Positions 19,530 to 28,809 of a DNA stretch of 64,000 nucleotides are shown in pieces. Positions within the stretch are counted from its first letter, which is position 1. Each line of letters opens with the position of its first letter. The stretch is from sequence record OP752703.1, one strand, 5' to 3'. Under the pieces are notes generated by a model. It did no database searches. It saw nothing but the letters and a program-made list of their open reading frames with translations, and had not been told where the DNA came from. A program made the position numbers and the translations under genes.

Positions 19530-21677
19530 ATGGCACTAGTATCCCCCGGCGTAGAAGTAAACGTTAATGACCAAAGTGTATACGTCATTGGCGCTGCTGC
19601 TACTGTCCCTCTAATTTTCATCGCAACTGGCGCTGAAAAGCTTCAACAGGATGGAATTACCCCAGCACTAGGCACTTATGAGTCTGGCGTTATCCGTACT
19701 GTTTCCTCAATTCGTCAGGCTCTAGAACTATACGGTGTTCCGAAGTTCTATGAATCTGCTGATGGTCAGCCTCACTATGGCGATGCACGTAATGAATACG
19801 GTCTAGACGCACTATTGAAGTACCTAGAAGTAGGTAACCGTGCGTATGTTGTTCGCGCTAACGTAAACACCAACGACAACTATGTTGATATTAAGCAGCT
19901 TTGGGGTCGTAAGATCAGCGAATCAGGCGACCTATTGAGCGCTCTAGTCGAAGATTACATTGACGCATACAATACAAGCAATGAATATTACCCCGGTGAT
20001 GCTGAGTTCAAGAAGTCTGTAACTAAGGCCGAATTGAAGACTCTGCTAACCGAAGCTATGGCTCCGACCTATGCTATTTCTTCATTCTCTTCTGAACAGT
20101 TCTATGCTGACTTCAACAACAATCACACAGTACCACAGGCTGGCTATCAGGATGTTATTTTCCAGACTCCGGGTGGTGGTTTCATTCAAGCTACCGATAT
20201 TACTGGTCTTGTTGCTGACGAAGAGTATGCTTCTTCAATCGTCATCACTTCTGGTGCTGGCACCGAAGTATTCAACATCAGCCTAAAGGGTAATGATGCT
20301 GTAACTTATGGCGCACTTGTTGCTAAGATCAACACTGTAATCGGTACTGCCGGTACTGCTTCACTAATCGCTGGCCGTCTACGTGTTACAAGTTCACTAC
20401 AGGGTGAAACCTCAGCCGTTGTAATGGCTCAGGAAGGTAGCAGCACTGGTGTTGCTCCACTATTCTCAAACCTAAACTACTTCCGCCGTTTCAGCGAATC
20501 CGTTGTTGGTCGTGGTCCTACTCCGCTAATCGTTTATGACGACAGCTACACCACTATCGTTGGTGAATACTCAGGTCTAGACGCTCTAATTGCTGATTGG
20601 GCTACCGGTTCAGTTGTAATTGACGAGTTTACCGCAAACGAAGCAGAAGGTCTACTAACTGCTGCCGCTGCTGACTTCGACAACACCCGTGAGTTCCGTT
20701 TGGATACCTCACTAGGTACTAACGATGCCTCACGCCGTAAGAAGATTGTAGAGGCTCTACAGGCTGAAATCAACAGCAATGAAAACGGTACTCGCGGTGA
20801 AGGTCTAGAATACAACCTAACAATTGCTCCGGGTTACTTCGAGTGTGCTGACGAACTACTACGTCTAGCTACTTCTATGAAGAACGAAGTATTCGTAATT
20901 GGTGAAACTCCGTTCGACAAGCCACCAAGTGGTCCGAATGGTATCGCAAATTGGGCGCGTACTCCGGCCCGTGCTACTTCTGACAGTATTGCATACTACT
21001 ACAGCCATGGTATTTCGTCAAACATCGACGGTAAGGATATCATGACCACTGCTGGTTCTATTGCTCTACGTGTTTACGCTTACAACGACGCAAACGCAGA
21101 AGTATGGTTCGCACCGGCTGGTGTTACACGTGGTAGCTGTGACTTCCTAACCAACATTGGTTATGTAAGTGGCGCTCTAGGTGGTCCAACCACTTTCGTT
21201 ACTGAATACCTAGACGAAGGACAGCGTGACGAGTTGTATGAATTCCCGAAATCCATCAACCCAATCACCTTCATTCCGGGTCGTGGTATCCTAGTAATGG
21301 GTCAGAAGACTACCTATGGTAGAACCTCTGCTCTAGATCGCGTAAACGTAAGCCGTCTAGTTAAGTACATGCGCCGTCAGATTCGTAAGGCACTGTTCAG
21401 TTGGCTATTCGAACCGAACGACGATATCACCCGTCAGCAGGTTAAGTACGCAATCGACAACTTCTGTATGACTCTAGTAAACCGTCGCGCTCTGTACGAC
21501 TTCGCAACAATCGTTAACGAATCGAACAACACGCCGCAGACAATCGACAACAACGAGCTACATGTTGACTTGGCGATCAAGACTGTGAAGGTTGTAGAGT
21601 TCATCTACGCAACAATCCGTCTAGTACGTACCGGTGACAACATTGGTACAGGCCGACAGATTACCGTAGGTCAGTAA
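19530..21677 (+). CDS. gp18: Contractile tail sheath protein
   Basis: MALVSPGVEV start; WFAPAGVTRG, INPITFIPGRGILVMGQKT, SALDRVNVSRL, FEPND, DNNELHVDLAIK. Confidence 0.95.
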   Translation: MALVSPGVEVNVNDQSVYVIGAAATVPLIFIATGAEKLQQDGITPALGTYESGVIRTVSSIRQALELYGVPKFYESADGQPHYGDARNEYGLDALLKYLEVGNRAYVVRANVNTNDNYVDIKQLWGRKISESGDLLSALVEDYIDAYNTSNEYYPGDAEFKKSVTKAELKTLLTEAMAPTYAISSFSSEQFYADFNNNHTVPQAGYQDVIFQTPGGGFIQATDITGLVADEEYASSIVITSGAGTEVFNISLKGNDAVTYGALVAKINTVIGTAGTASLIAGRLRVTSSLQGETSAVVMAQEGSSTGVAPLFSNLNYFRRFSESVVGRGPTPLIVYDDSYTTIVGEYSGLDALIADWATGSVVIDEFTANEAEGLLTAAAADFDNTREFRLDTSLGTNDASRRKKIVEALQAEINSNENGTRGEGLEYNLTIAPGYFECADELLRLATSMKNEVFVIGETPFDKPPSGPNGIANWARTPARATSDSIAYYYSHGISSNIDGKDIMTTAGSIALRVYAYNDANAEVWFAPAGVTRGSCDFLTNIGYVSGALGGPTTFVTEYLDEGQRDELYEFPKSINPITFIPGRGILVMGQKTTYGRTSALDRVNVSRLVKYMRRQIRKALFSWLFEPNDDITRQQVKYAIDNFCMTLVNRRALYDFATIVNESNNTPQTIDNNELHVDLAIKTVKVVEFIYATIRLVRTGDNIGTGRQITVGQ

Positions 21678-21682
21678 TAAAG

Positions 21683-21710
21683 AAAAGGGGCTTCGGCCCC
21701 TTTTTCTTTT
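21683..21710 (+). terminator. Intrinsic terminator with C(UUCG)G loop
   Basis: AAAAGGGGC-TTCG-GCCCCTTTTT. Confidence 0.9.
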
Positions 21711-21722
21711 CTTGGTACGCCT

Positions 21723-21729
21723 CTAAATA
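21723..21729 (+). promoter_or_regulatory. Late-type box CTAAATA
   Basis: Upstream of ATG 21755. Confidence 0.6.
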
Positions 21730-21754
21730 ATCGAACATTTAAAGGTAAATTAAT

Positions 21755-22228
21755 ATGTCAATAGAATCACTAGGGGATTACACACAGTGGCATCCAACCT
21801 TGGCTAACCGTTTTAAATTTAGGGGTTTCCACTTCCTATCCAACCAATCTAATGAACTTCTAACTTTACAAACCGTCAGTGCATCATTTGAATTCGATAG
21901 TAACCTAACGCGAGAATATGATGACGGTCAATGGACCGTAACGATGACCATTGAAGATAATGCTAGTGGTGGGGTGACCAACGCCATTAATTCCATTGTA
22001 CCTAGATTTGATAAACGCCATAATACAACGTTTATGGAATTTGATGTTATGGACGAAAGTGACAATCTAAGGTCTATTCTACATTTGGAAAATGTACGTC
22101 TTGTGAATGCAAAATTTGATTTTGATTATGCTAATAGCCTAACCGCTAAGTGGATTCTTACATTCAATGCACACTCACTACAACGCATCAGGGAGCCTTT
22201 GATGCGTGGCATTGAACCAACAGTATAA
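21755..22228 (+). CDS. Diverged tail-tube-fold paralog
   Basis: HPTLANRF..LTLQTVS..VTMTIED..GG..LENVRL..FDYA..KWILTF parallels the tube gene at 31203. Confidence 0.55.
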   Translation: MSIESLGDYTQWHPTLANRFKFRGFHFLSNQSNELLTLQTVSASFEFDSNLTREYDDGQWTVTMTIEDNASGGVTNAINSIVPRFDKRHNTTFMEFDVMDESDNLRSILHLENVRLVNAKFDFDYANSLTAKWILTFNAHSLQRIREPLMRGIEPTV

Positions 22229-22229
22229 C

Positions 22230-22257
22230 AAAAAAGGGGCCGAAAGGCCCCTTTTTC
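22230..22257. terminator. Bidirectional intrinsic terminator (GAAA loop)
   Basis: AAAAAAGGGGCC-GAAA-GGCCCCTTTTT between convergent genes. Confidence 0.9.
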
Positions 22258-22407
22258 TTATCCGTAGAAAACATCGTAATCCGATGGCTTCGTTTTAACT
22301 TTCTTTTCAATGTCCTTCGATTCGACTTCCTCGACAGGCGATTCTTTCTTTTCGATAGGAGACACGTAGGTACTAATACTGCCGTCTTCGTCAAGACTTA
22401 CCATCAT
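22258..22407 (-). CDS. Small charged hypothetical protein (49 aa), not in the ORF track
   Basis: AAGGA RBS; MMVSLDEDGSISTYVSPIEKKESPVEEVESKDIEKKVKTKPSDYDVFYG*; ends at the terminator. Confidence 0.45.
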   Translation of the reverse strand: MMVSLDEDGSISTYVSPIEKKESPVEEVESKDIEKKVKTKPSDYDVFYG

Positions 22408-22620
22408 AATTAAAATCCTTTATCATTTGGTCTATCTTTTTACATAACATATAATACACCATGTAATGGGTTTCGTAACCATCTTCTAAAAGATGGTATC
22501 CGAATTTAGTCGAAATCATACCCGAAACATTCCATCATTAGGTTGTGTTTGTCTTTCTTAGCTCTGTGTCTATACGTTGCTTCAATTAATCGACGCCACG
22601 TTTCCATGGTAGTTGACATA

Positions 22621-23517
22621 TCAATACAACTTTAGTGACGATCCACATTCACTACAAAACTTAGTACCAGCTTTGTACTCGCTGCCGCACATAGTACATT
22701 CTACTTTAGTTTTGATAGTTACTGGTGCCTGAACACCAATGGTACTTGCGTTTATATGTAGACTGCCGGTGGTTGAAGCCGTAATAGACCCATCACAATG
22801 CACGGTTACGTTAATATCATTACTCTCAACCTCACCCTTTAGTTCGATGGTCATTGTCGCCTTCGAGTTAGGATCAGTCATGTACCAACTAGAAGTGGTG
22901 AACTGTTGAGTGTTATGTGAACCCGGTGCGGTAATACCAGCGGTATTCTGTGGTACTGCATGGGAACGAGTTACAGACAAAGCATTTAGGGATACCGGAC
23001 CTGTCGATGCCCTATCACTCCAATCCATAGAAGCCTGTCCATCATGAACTGAGTTAGAATACACCGAATTATCCGCTAGGAAGAAGGTGTTGTCGTAATA
23101 CTGAGGATGTTCAAATCCACGAACGCCCTTCGGCCAGTAAGGGGTGGTTGTCGTTATTACTGGACGTTCCTGTTCAAACTCATACTCCACAGTGATAAGT
23201 CCGTCTTCAATACGGTCACCACGGTGCTGAGAAATCTTGGAAGTCTTTTCGATGAAACGGAATGAATTACCCTCGTTGAGGTTTCCGTTCTTCATAAAAC
23301 GCTTTAGTTCTGCGGTACTATTTGCATTAACGATTAGCTTTGCGCCATCCATTGCATCTTGTCCGTCAACAGTTACTTTGATCTTCACTCGACGGGTTGA
23401 GGTATTCTTGAAGTATAGGGTGTATTCACAACCAAATGGGAGATAGACCTTACCATCAATTTCGCGTAGAACTTTACCTTCGACCTTTACGGCCATTGCT
23501 AGATTTTTATTAAACAT
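22621..23517 (-). CDS. Hypothetical protein with C-terminal zinc ribbon
   Basis: LPFGCEYTLYFKN..VTVDGQD N-domain; CTMC..CSECG at the C-terminus; ATG 23517 follows AAGGA. Confidence 0.7.
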   Translation of the reverse strand: MFNKNLAMAVKVEGKVLREIDGKVYLPFGCEYTLYFKNTSTRRVKIKVTVDGQDAMDGAKLIVNANSTAELKRFMKNGNLNEGNSFRFIEKTSKISQHRGDRIEDGLITVEYEFEQERPVITTTTPYWPKGVRGFEHPQYYDNTFFLADNSVYSNSVHDGQASMDWSDRASTGPVSLNALSVTRSHAVPQNTAGITAPGSHNTQQFTTSSWYMTDPNSKATMTIELKGEVESNDINVTVHCDGSITASTTGSLHINASTIGVQAPVTIKTKVECTMCGSEYKAGTKFCSECGSSLKLY

Positions 23518-23578
23518 TTTATTTTCCTTAAGGCTCACCACCTAAGAGCCTGTTAGTTATAAGGTGGTCAATTGCTAT

Positions 23579-23911
23579 TTATTGCGCGTTGCGGTCAAAT
23601 GAATACACGTGAGGGTACTTATTGACTTTAGATATGATATCAATCAAAGCTTCCTTTGTCAAGGAGAAGCATACGGTTCCTGACTCTTTATCTTCTGTGA
23701 AATTCAATTTCATTAGGTGAGCTACTAGACTCTTCTCAACCTCTTTACCGGCATCATTGTATAGATGATATTCACCTACAACTTCTACCGAAGATTCATT
23801 AAGTTTTACCTTAACATTTTCTACATTAACATGAACCATATTAGGCTTTACCACTCTCGCATGTGGAGCGTAATCATCGTCTAGTTGGTCACCACCGAAC
23901 ATATTTGGCAT
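23579..23911 (-). CDS. Hypothetical protein
   Basis: 110-aa ORF with AAGGA RBS, downstream of a promoter. Confidence 0.6.
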   Translation of the reverse strand: MPNMFGGDQLDDDYAPHARVVKPNMVHVNVENVKVKLNESSVEVVGEYHLYNDAGKEVEKSLVAHLMKLNFTEDKESGTVCFSLTKEALIDIISKVNKYPHVYSFDRNAQ

Positions 23912-23935
23912 ACAGTTTTCCTTGTTAGTGTCCGC

Positions 23936-23988
23936 ATCATATCACTTGTGTTACAAAAAGCAAGAGGGACCAAAAGTCCCTCTTTTTT
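23936..23988 (-). promoter_or_regulatory. Terminator hairpin fused to an extended -10 promoter
   Basis: AAGAGGGAC-TTTTG-GTCCCTCTT, then TTGCTT-N16 (ending TGn)-TATGAT. Confidence 0.6.
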
Positions 23989-25336
23989 ATATTAATGCGG
24001 ATGTGATGTGGGGGATGAACGGATGCATCAATCGTAGTCGATGATCTAGCTTCGTTTTAGCTCTATCGATCCATTCCTGTTGATCGAACTTGCTCTTATT
24101 ACCCTGAATCCAAATGTTACAGAATTCACCCTTAAACTCGTTAAGGAGAAGGTTCATAGCCTCTTTGAGATTCATTTCCTGCATCAATTCTTCAAACTGT
24201 TCCTGTAGTTTGATATCATCCGATTCGAGTAGAGAATGATTACATGTTCCTTCATACTGTGACATTAGTCTTGCACAGCTATAAATTTTCTGCAAATTCT
24301 TCTTACCTTGGTCGAGGATGCCCATGTTGAACTTTGAATCCATACCCATTTCAATACCATTAGTGCAATAGATTCGGATGGCGTCAATTCCATGACTTTC
24401 CATCAAATCTAAAGGATCAATGCCGTTGCCTAGGGATTTGGAGAACTTGATATTGTTCTTGTCACGTAGAAGACCGTGTAGAAGAATATACTTGAACGTA
24501 TACTTTCCAGTTAGAAACTTCCCGATCATCAACATTCTTGCTGCCCAAAAATACAGAATATCATAGCCAGTTTCTAGAATGTCGTGACCTTCACCACTTC
24601 GATCTGTAGCGATAGCCCACAGGGAGCTAGTGAACCATGTATCAAACGTCAACTCTTCACCGGGAATGTTGATACCCCAATGAATGTCTCTAGCAATGTC
24701 CCAATCCTGATGATGACGTAGCATCTTCAATAGACGATTCTTATGAGATTCGCTACTGATGATGATTTCTCCACTGTCAATAGCGTCAGCTAGATCGGTG
24801 GCTTCATCATTAAGAGTTAGGAAGTACGAGCCATCCTTCTTGTAAATCTTTCCAGCGTCATTCAATTTATGGAACGTACTGATCGTCAATTCCTTGAACT
24901 TATCATCCAAAGTATAGTTGATGCTGTCCCAATCACAGGCAATGCCCATTTCTTTGAATTGAGTTAGGATTGTATTACGGTTAGAGGTAGCCAGTTCATG
25001 ACCACATTCAAGGTAGGTTTCTTTGGTGTATTCAGGGAGTTTCTGTATAATCTTTTCATGCGTAGCTAGGCCAGCATGGTCCAGACCCGGAAGCCAATGT
25101 GTATTAGTTCCACGCTGTGCGTAGAATCGAATTAGAGTGTCTTGAATGCTTAGGAAGATCGCATGCCCAAGATGCAATTGTCCCGTGATATTTGGGGGCG
25201 GCATTGGGATGGAATAGTGTTGTTTGTTGATGTTCGATTTGATTTGAGGAATGAAGTTCTTCGCTTCGTCTCCCCAATAGTTCTTAATTTCACGCTCAGT
25301 CTCAGTGTGATTATAGTGCTTACTTTCAAAGGTCAT
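23987..25336 (-). CDS. valS: Minimal valyl-tRNA synthetase-like protein (no CP1 editing domain, no C-terminal coiled coil)
   Basis: PPPNITGQLHLGH (HIGH), LPGLDHAGLAT, DW.I.R..WG..IP, FDTWFTSSLW, TGYDILYFWAARM, KFSKSLGN (KMSKS), LMHPFIPHIT; only 449 aa. Confidence 0.88.
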   Translation of the reverse strand: MTFESKHYNHTETEREIKNYWGDEAKNFIPQIKSNINKQHYSIPMPPPNITGQLHLGHAIFLSIQDTLIRFYAQRGTNTHWLPGLDHAGLATHEKIIQKLPEYTKETYLECGHELATSNRNTILTQFKEMGIACDWDSINYTLDDKFKELTISTFHKLNDAGKIYKKDGSYFLTLNDEATDLADAIDSGEIIISSESHKNRLLKMLRHHQDWDIARDIHWGINIPGEELTFDTWFTSSLWAIATDRSGEGHDILETGYDILYFWAARMLMIGKFLTGKYTFKYILLHGLLRDKNNIKFSKSLGNGIDPLDLMESHGIDAIRIYCTNGIEMGMDSKFNMGILDQGKKNLQKIYSCARLMSQYEGTCNHSLLESDDIKLQEQFEELMQEMNLKEAMNLLLNEFKGEFCNIWIQGNKSKFDQQEWIDRAKTKLDHRLRLMHPFIPHITSALI

Positions 25337-25396
25337 ACGTTTAACGGTGACATAGCATCCTCCTATTAGTTTGTGATGTGTCGTTGTTACGGGTTA

Positions 25397-25446
25397 AGTA
25401 TATCACTGTATTTAGAAAAAGCAAGAGGGGCTTTCGCCCCTCTTTC
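25397..25446 (-). promoter_or_regulatory. Terminator hairpin fused to an extended -10 promoter, with a CTAAATA box in the spacer
   Basis: AAGAGGGGC-GAAA-GCCCCTCTT, then TTGCTT-N16-TATACT. Confidence 0.6.
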
Positions 25447-25448
25447 TG

Positions 25449-26060
25449 TTACAGATAACTGTGCTTGTAGTTGTCCATGTATTCGTGAATGTTCTGGACA
25501 ATCAAGTGTCGCTGTTCAGCGTTTAGAGTATCGCCGAAGTAGCCGAAAGCTGCGGTGTAGCTAGCCCACTTGGCTTCATTACGGGCCGGTAGATAAATCT
25601 TGCTTACACCCTTCTCTAGTTTGCCAGTAGCGGCTAGGAAGATCAAATGGAACTGTAGGCTTAGGGCAGACTGTTGTACCTCGAAATCTTCCCACTTTCC
25701 GTTACGGTAGTGTGATGACTTGTATCGAGTTTCTTTCTTGTAACGTAGTTCGTTGTGAATTTCTTTCCACTTGGTACGGAAGGCGATGTACTGGTCTTTA
25801 GTTTCGAAAATAGTGTTCATGTAATGGGTATCCTTAGTTAGTTTATCGATAATGGTTATTGCAATTGCATCTTTCTTTGCTGGGTCAATACCCGAGTCTT
25901 TAATCAAACAGTTAATGTAATCAAGTTCGTCGCATGAAAAACACCTGTGTACGCTTTCCATTTGACGCATCAGGAAGTGATATGTCACTGGTTCATTGGT
26001 ACGAGAGGCGTTGAGTTGATACTCGTAATACTTGATGATTTGCGCTTTATTGATGTTCAT
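25449..26060 (-). CDS. Hypothetical protein
   Basis: 203-aa ORF, 4-nt overlap with the upstream gene. Confidence 0.6.
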   Translation of the reverse strand: MNINKAQIIKYYEYQLNASRTNEPVTYHFLMRQMESVHRCFSCDELDYINCLIKDSGIDPAKKDAIAITIIDKLTKDTHYMNTIFETKDQYIAFRTKWKEIHNELRYKKETRYKSSHYRNGKWEDFEVQQSALSLQFHLIFLAATGKLEKGVSKIYLPARNEAKWASYTAAFGYFGDTLNAEQRHLIVQNIHEYMDNYKHSYL

Positions 26061-26314
26061 GCTGTTTCCTTTGATTTGTTTAATTCATTCCAAGCTTTCA
26101 GTGCTTCATACTCTTCTTCGGTGTTGTAAAAACGATCCATAAAAGGTTTGACGTATTCAGTTATAGCATCACGTTCCTTTTTAGTCATTTCATCACACCA
26201 TATATCAGTTAACTGTGTACGAAATAAATCAGATTCTTCGATAGTTTCGCATAGAGCTTCCTGCATCCAGATAGTTACGTATTTGAAAATGATTTCTCTG
26301 TTCATAATACTCAC
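26057..26314 (-). CDS. Hypothetical protein
   Basis: 85-aa ORF with translational-coupling overlaps. Confidence 0.55.
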   Translation of the reverse strand: MSIMNREIIFKYVTIWMQEALCETIEESDLFRTQLTDIWCDEMTKKERDAITEYVKPFMDRFYNTEEEYEALKAWNELNKSKETA

Positions 26315-27171
26315 TTTAGAAGTTGAAAACGCTTGAATGCGTCTCGGTCTTTCCCAAACAACGGTTTACTGGCGATTGCGGTAAGCTGATTGCCGATATC
26401 CGGTTCTCGGAATTCCTCGAACTTTATACCACGTTCGCGTAGTTCTTCGCAACACTTTTGTAATTTAGCTTCGCTCTTGACCACACAGATGATGACCGAA
26501 GGGTGATTCGAATCTTTTGTGAGATAATTACGGGTAGATTCAATGATCGCATGACCAGATTGCACGGCTTTTTGAGCAGGCGATAGATCGTTGCGGACAA
26601 GGATATACATGTATTCGTGGTGGAAATACTTCTCTGCAATCTTCTTGGCGTTCTTAGACCACTTCTTGAACTTAATCTTGAAGGAATCAGATTCGATACC
26701 ACCGAAAAGGTTAGCGTTTGAGTGTAGTTCAGCCAGCGACACAAGCATAAGTGTTGCTAGTTGTTGTTTGGAAAGGTTTTGGTTAATGATTTGGTCAGCA
26801 GATAGCGTGTGGAAATCCATATCGTGAGCAATTAGCTCTCCGATTTCCTTACGTTCAGGGAATAGTTCATTCCATAGTTCATACGAACGAGCCGCATGAT
26901 TAGGGAAGTGACGCTTCCCATTGTCATCAATCTCTAGACAATCGGGCTTGCCGATATCATGGAAGATGCAATAGTGCTTGATGGTCTTAAAATCGTACAA
27001 GTTATTGTAGATTTCTTCTTCATAGTCAGTCCACCATTGCGGTAGCTGAAAACCATCATACTGCTTAGTTAGAAGTTTGCGGGCATAGTGCCACACCGAT
27101 AGACCGTGTTGAAGGATGGTCTGTCCCTTAGTTTGTTCTGTGTTCTTTAGCTTATTGAGGGTCTACTTCAT
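26311..27171 (-). CDS. HD-domain + PTH2-like (peptidyl-tRNA hydrolase II) fusion; in-frame TAG at codon 3
   Basis: AAGGA RBS then ATG AAG TAG ACC CTC.., in frame with QHGLSVW..FHDIGKP..HA..S..HDMDFH (HD) and YILVRNDLS..QKAVQSGHA..FREPDIGNQLTAIA (PTH2-like). Confidence 0.75.
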
Positions 27172-27201
27172 TTTAGTTTCCTTTAGGTTTGTGTTATTTA
27201 G

Positions 27202-27357
27202 TCAATCGTATTCAACATAGTTTGGACTTGGGTTCCAAACTGGCTTATCAGGTACATCATAGTTAAGAGATTCGTACAAGGCTTTAGTCTGTTCCCATGC
27301 AAGTAAGTCTGTATAGAAAGCTGATAAAGTGTCGTACTGTTTGGTCTGCGTCGTCAT
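27202..27357 (-). CDS. Small hypothetical protein (51 aa)
   Basis: ATG 27357 just downstream of a promoter. Confidence 0.5.
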   Translation of the reverse strand: MTTQTKQYDTLSAFYTDLLAWEQTKALYESLNYDVPDKPVWNPSPNYVEYD

Positions 27358-27364
27358 GGTGGTA

Positions 27365-27393
27365 ATTAAACCACACATGGCGACCGTTGTCAA
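27365..27393 (-). promoter_or_regulatory. Sigma70-like early promoter
   Basis: TTGACA-N17-TTTAAT. Confidence 0.6.
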
Positions 27394-27398
27394 CTACT

Positions 27399-27914
27399 TT
27401 ATGCGTCGGGATACAACTTTTTTAGTTCTTCAAGCTTTTTAAGATCGGCCTGACGCTTTTTCTCTTTGTCCGCATCTTCCTTCTCTTGAATAGCCATATT
27501 CTTAGCGTAGATATACGGCTGTAGCATAATACTACTCAGCTTTAGGAGATTGTCAAGTAGTTTTAGAGTCTTGTCCAAGAATTCTACGTTCTCAGGAACT
27601 TTGACCACTGAATCAGGGAACCACTTATTCTTTTCATTGTGATTACCGCGATTGATAGGGTTGTTGAATACAATGGATGTGGGCTTAACAACAATAGGGT
27701 TAGGGACCGTGGTAAGCATTACACCATTAACCGCCATCTGAGCAATGTATCGATCTTTACCGGCAGTAACCTTGTCTACCAAGAATTGAGCAGCGTCCTT
27801 GATATCGTAGAAGGATCGATTGTAAGAAGTGTAATTATCGCAGCTACAATCCCAATAGCAACCACATGGGCTGTATTCACGGCTGATGTAAAAAATAAAG
27901 CTAGTGATAGACAT
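27399..27914 (-). CDS. Hypothetical protein
   Basis: AAGGAG RBS; follows a consensus promoter. Confidence 0.7.
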   Translation of the reverse strand: MSITSFIFYISREYSPCGCYWDCSCDNYTSYNRSFYDIKDAAQFLVDKVTAGKDRYIAQMAVNGVMLTTVPNPIVVKPTSIVFNNPINRGNHNEKNKWFPDSVVKVPENVEFLDKTLKLLDNLLKLSSIMLQPYIYAKNMAIQEKEDADKEKKRQADLKKLEELKKLYPDA

Positions 27915-27942
27915 TTAATTAGTCTCCTTTGAGGTTGGAGAA

Positions 27943-27971
27943 ATTATAGGTCTATCACTAGCTTCTGTCAA
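27943..27971 (-). promoter_or_regulatory. Perfect sigma70 consensus promoter (early)
   Basis: TTGACA-N17-TATAAT. Confidence 0.85.
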
Positions 27972-28009
27972 TAGGGTGGAACATCCTTGTTCCCTGACGA
28001 CCATCCTTG

Positions 28010-28522
28010 TTACAGGAGATGGTAATTTTCGATCCATTCTTGGCGATATTTTAGAGCGGACAAAAGTTCTGATTCGCTATAAATTTCGCAGAATGTAGGT
28101 GCATGCCAGCCAAATCGTTCAAGTGGATCACCGTCTATTAGTACTTCTTTTCTAATAGCTTCATTTTCGTGAATGATTTCGTACATCAATCCCATGCATA
28201 AAGCTTGGGCAGATTTGTATTCATTCTTGTCAAATGAATAATATCGCTTCTTCATATTGATTGGAGTGTCTAAATCACGCCATTCAATAGTTCGGGTGCG
28301 CTGTTTGACATGAATTCCTTCATGAATTCCTGCACAACCTGAATTTCCACAGCTACATGTAAAGAAGTAGGCTCTCTGGATTTTGTAGGTTGAGGCGATG
28401 AATTCGATAGGGTCAAATACATCATTTGATGGAACTTCCCCGTCAACAAGTAAATCAAGATCGTATCCATAAAGGATGCCATCAATATACACGGGCTTTT
28501 TTACAATATCGATCTTGTTCAT
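28010..28522 (-). CDS. Hypothetical protein (TCSCG..GC motif)
   Basis: 170-aa ORF; ATAAATA 5 nt upstream (28528-28534). Confidence 0.65.
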   Translation of the reverse strand: MNKIDIVKKPVYIDGILYGYDLDLLVDGEVPSNDVFDPIEFIASTYKIQRAYFFTCSCGNSGCAGIHEGIHVKQRTRTIEWRDLDTPINMKKRYYSFDKNEYKSAQALCMGLMYEIIHENEAIRKEVLIDGDPLERFGWHAPTFCEIYSESELLSALKYRQEWIENYHLL

Positions 28523-28548
28523 ACTAGTATTTATCCTGTTGGTCCTTA

Positions 28549-28740
28549 TTAGACAGTTTTGTCCGATGCTACGTTTTCAACATACAAAGAATTCACCGGA
28601 ACGCCGTCACGTAGAATCGTTAGTCGGTTCTTCTTATAATCAAAGTCGATATTATGACCAGCCTGATTCATTTCCTTAACGGAAAGGGAGAAGTTGCGAA
28701 GCGCTTCATTGAAACGTACTACGGTATCATCAGTTAACAT
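28549..28740 (-). CDS. Small hypothetical protein
   Basis: AAAGGA RBS, 63 aa. Confidence 0.55.
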   Translation of the reverse strand: MLTDDTVVRFNEALRNFSLSVKEMNQAGHNIDFDYKKNRLTILRDGVPVNSLYVENVASDKTV

Positions 28741-28797
28741 AATCTTTTCCTTTATATGTTGTTAGAGTATATGCAAAATTACCGCCAAAGTCAACCA

Positions 28798-28804
28798 ATA
28801 AATA
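28798..28804 (+). promoter_or_regulatory. Late-type box ATAAATA, 5 nt before ATG 28810
   Basis: Seen directly; no Shine-Dalgarno. Confidence 0.55.
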
Positions 28805-28809
28805 TTGCA

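Noticed and set aside
22410-22619. Two overlapping tiny minus-strand ORFs (37 and 42 aa) that might be one frameshifted gene
   Set aside because: No recognisable motif or convincing RBS; cannot be supported without homologs
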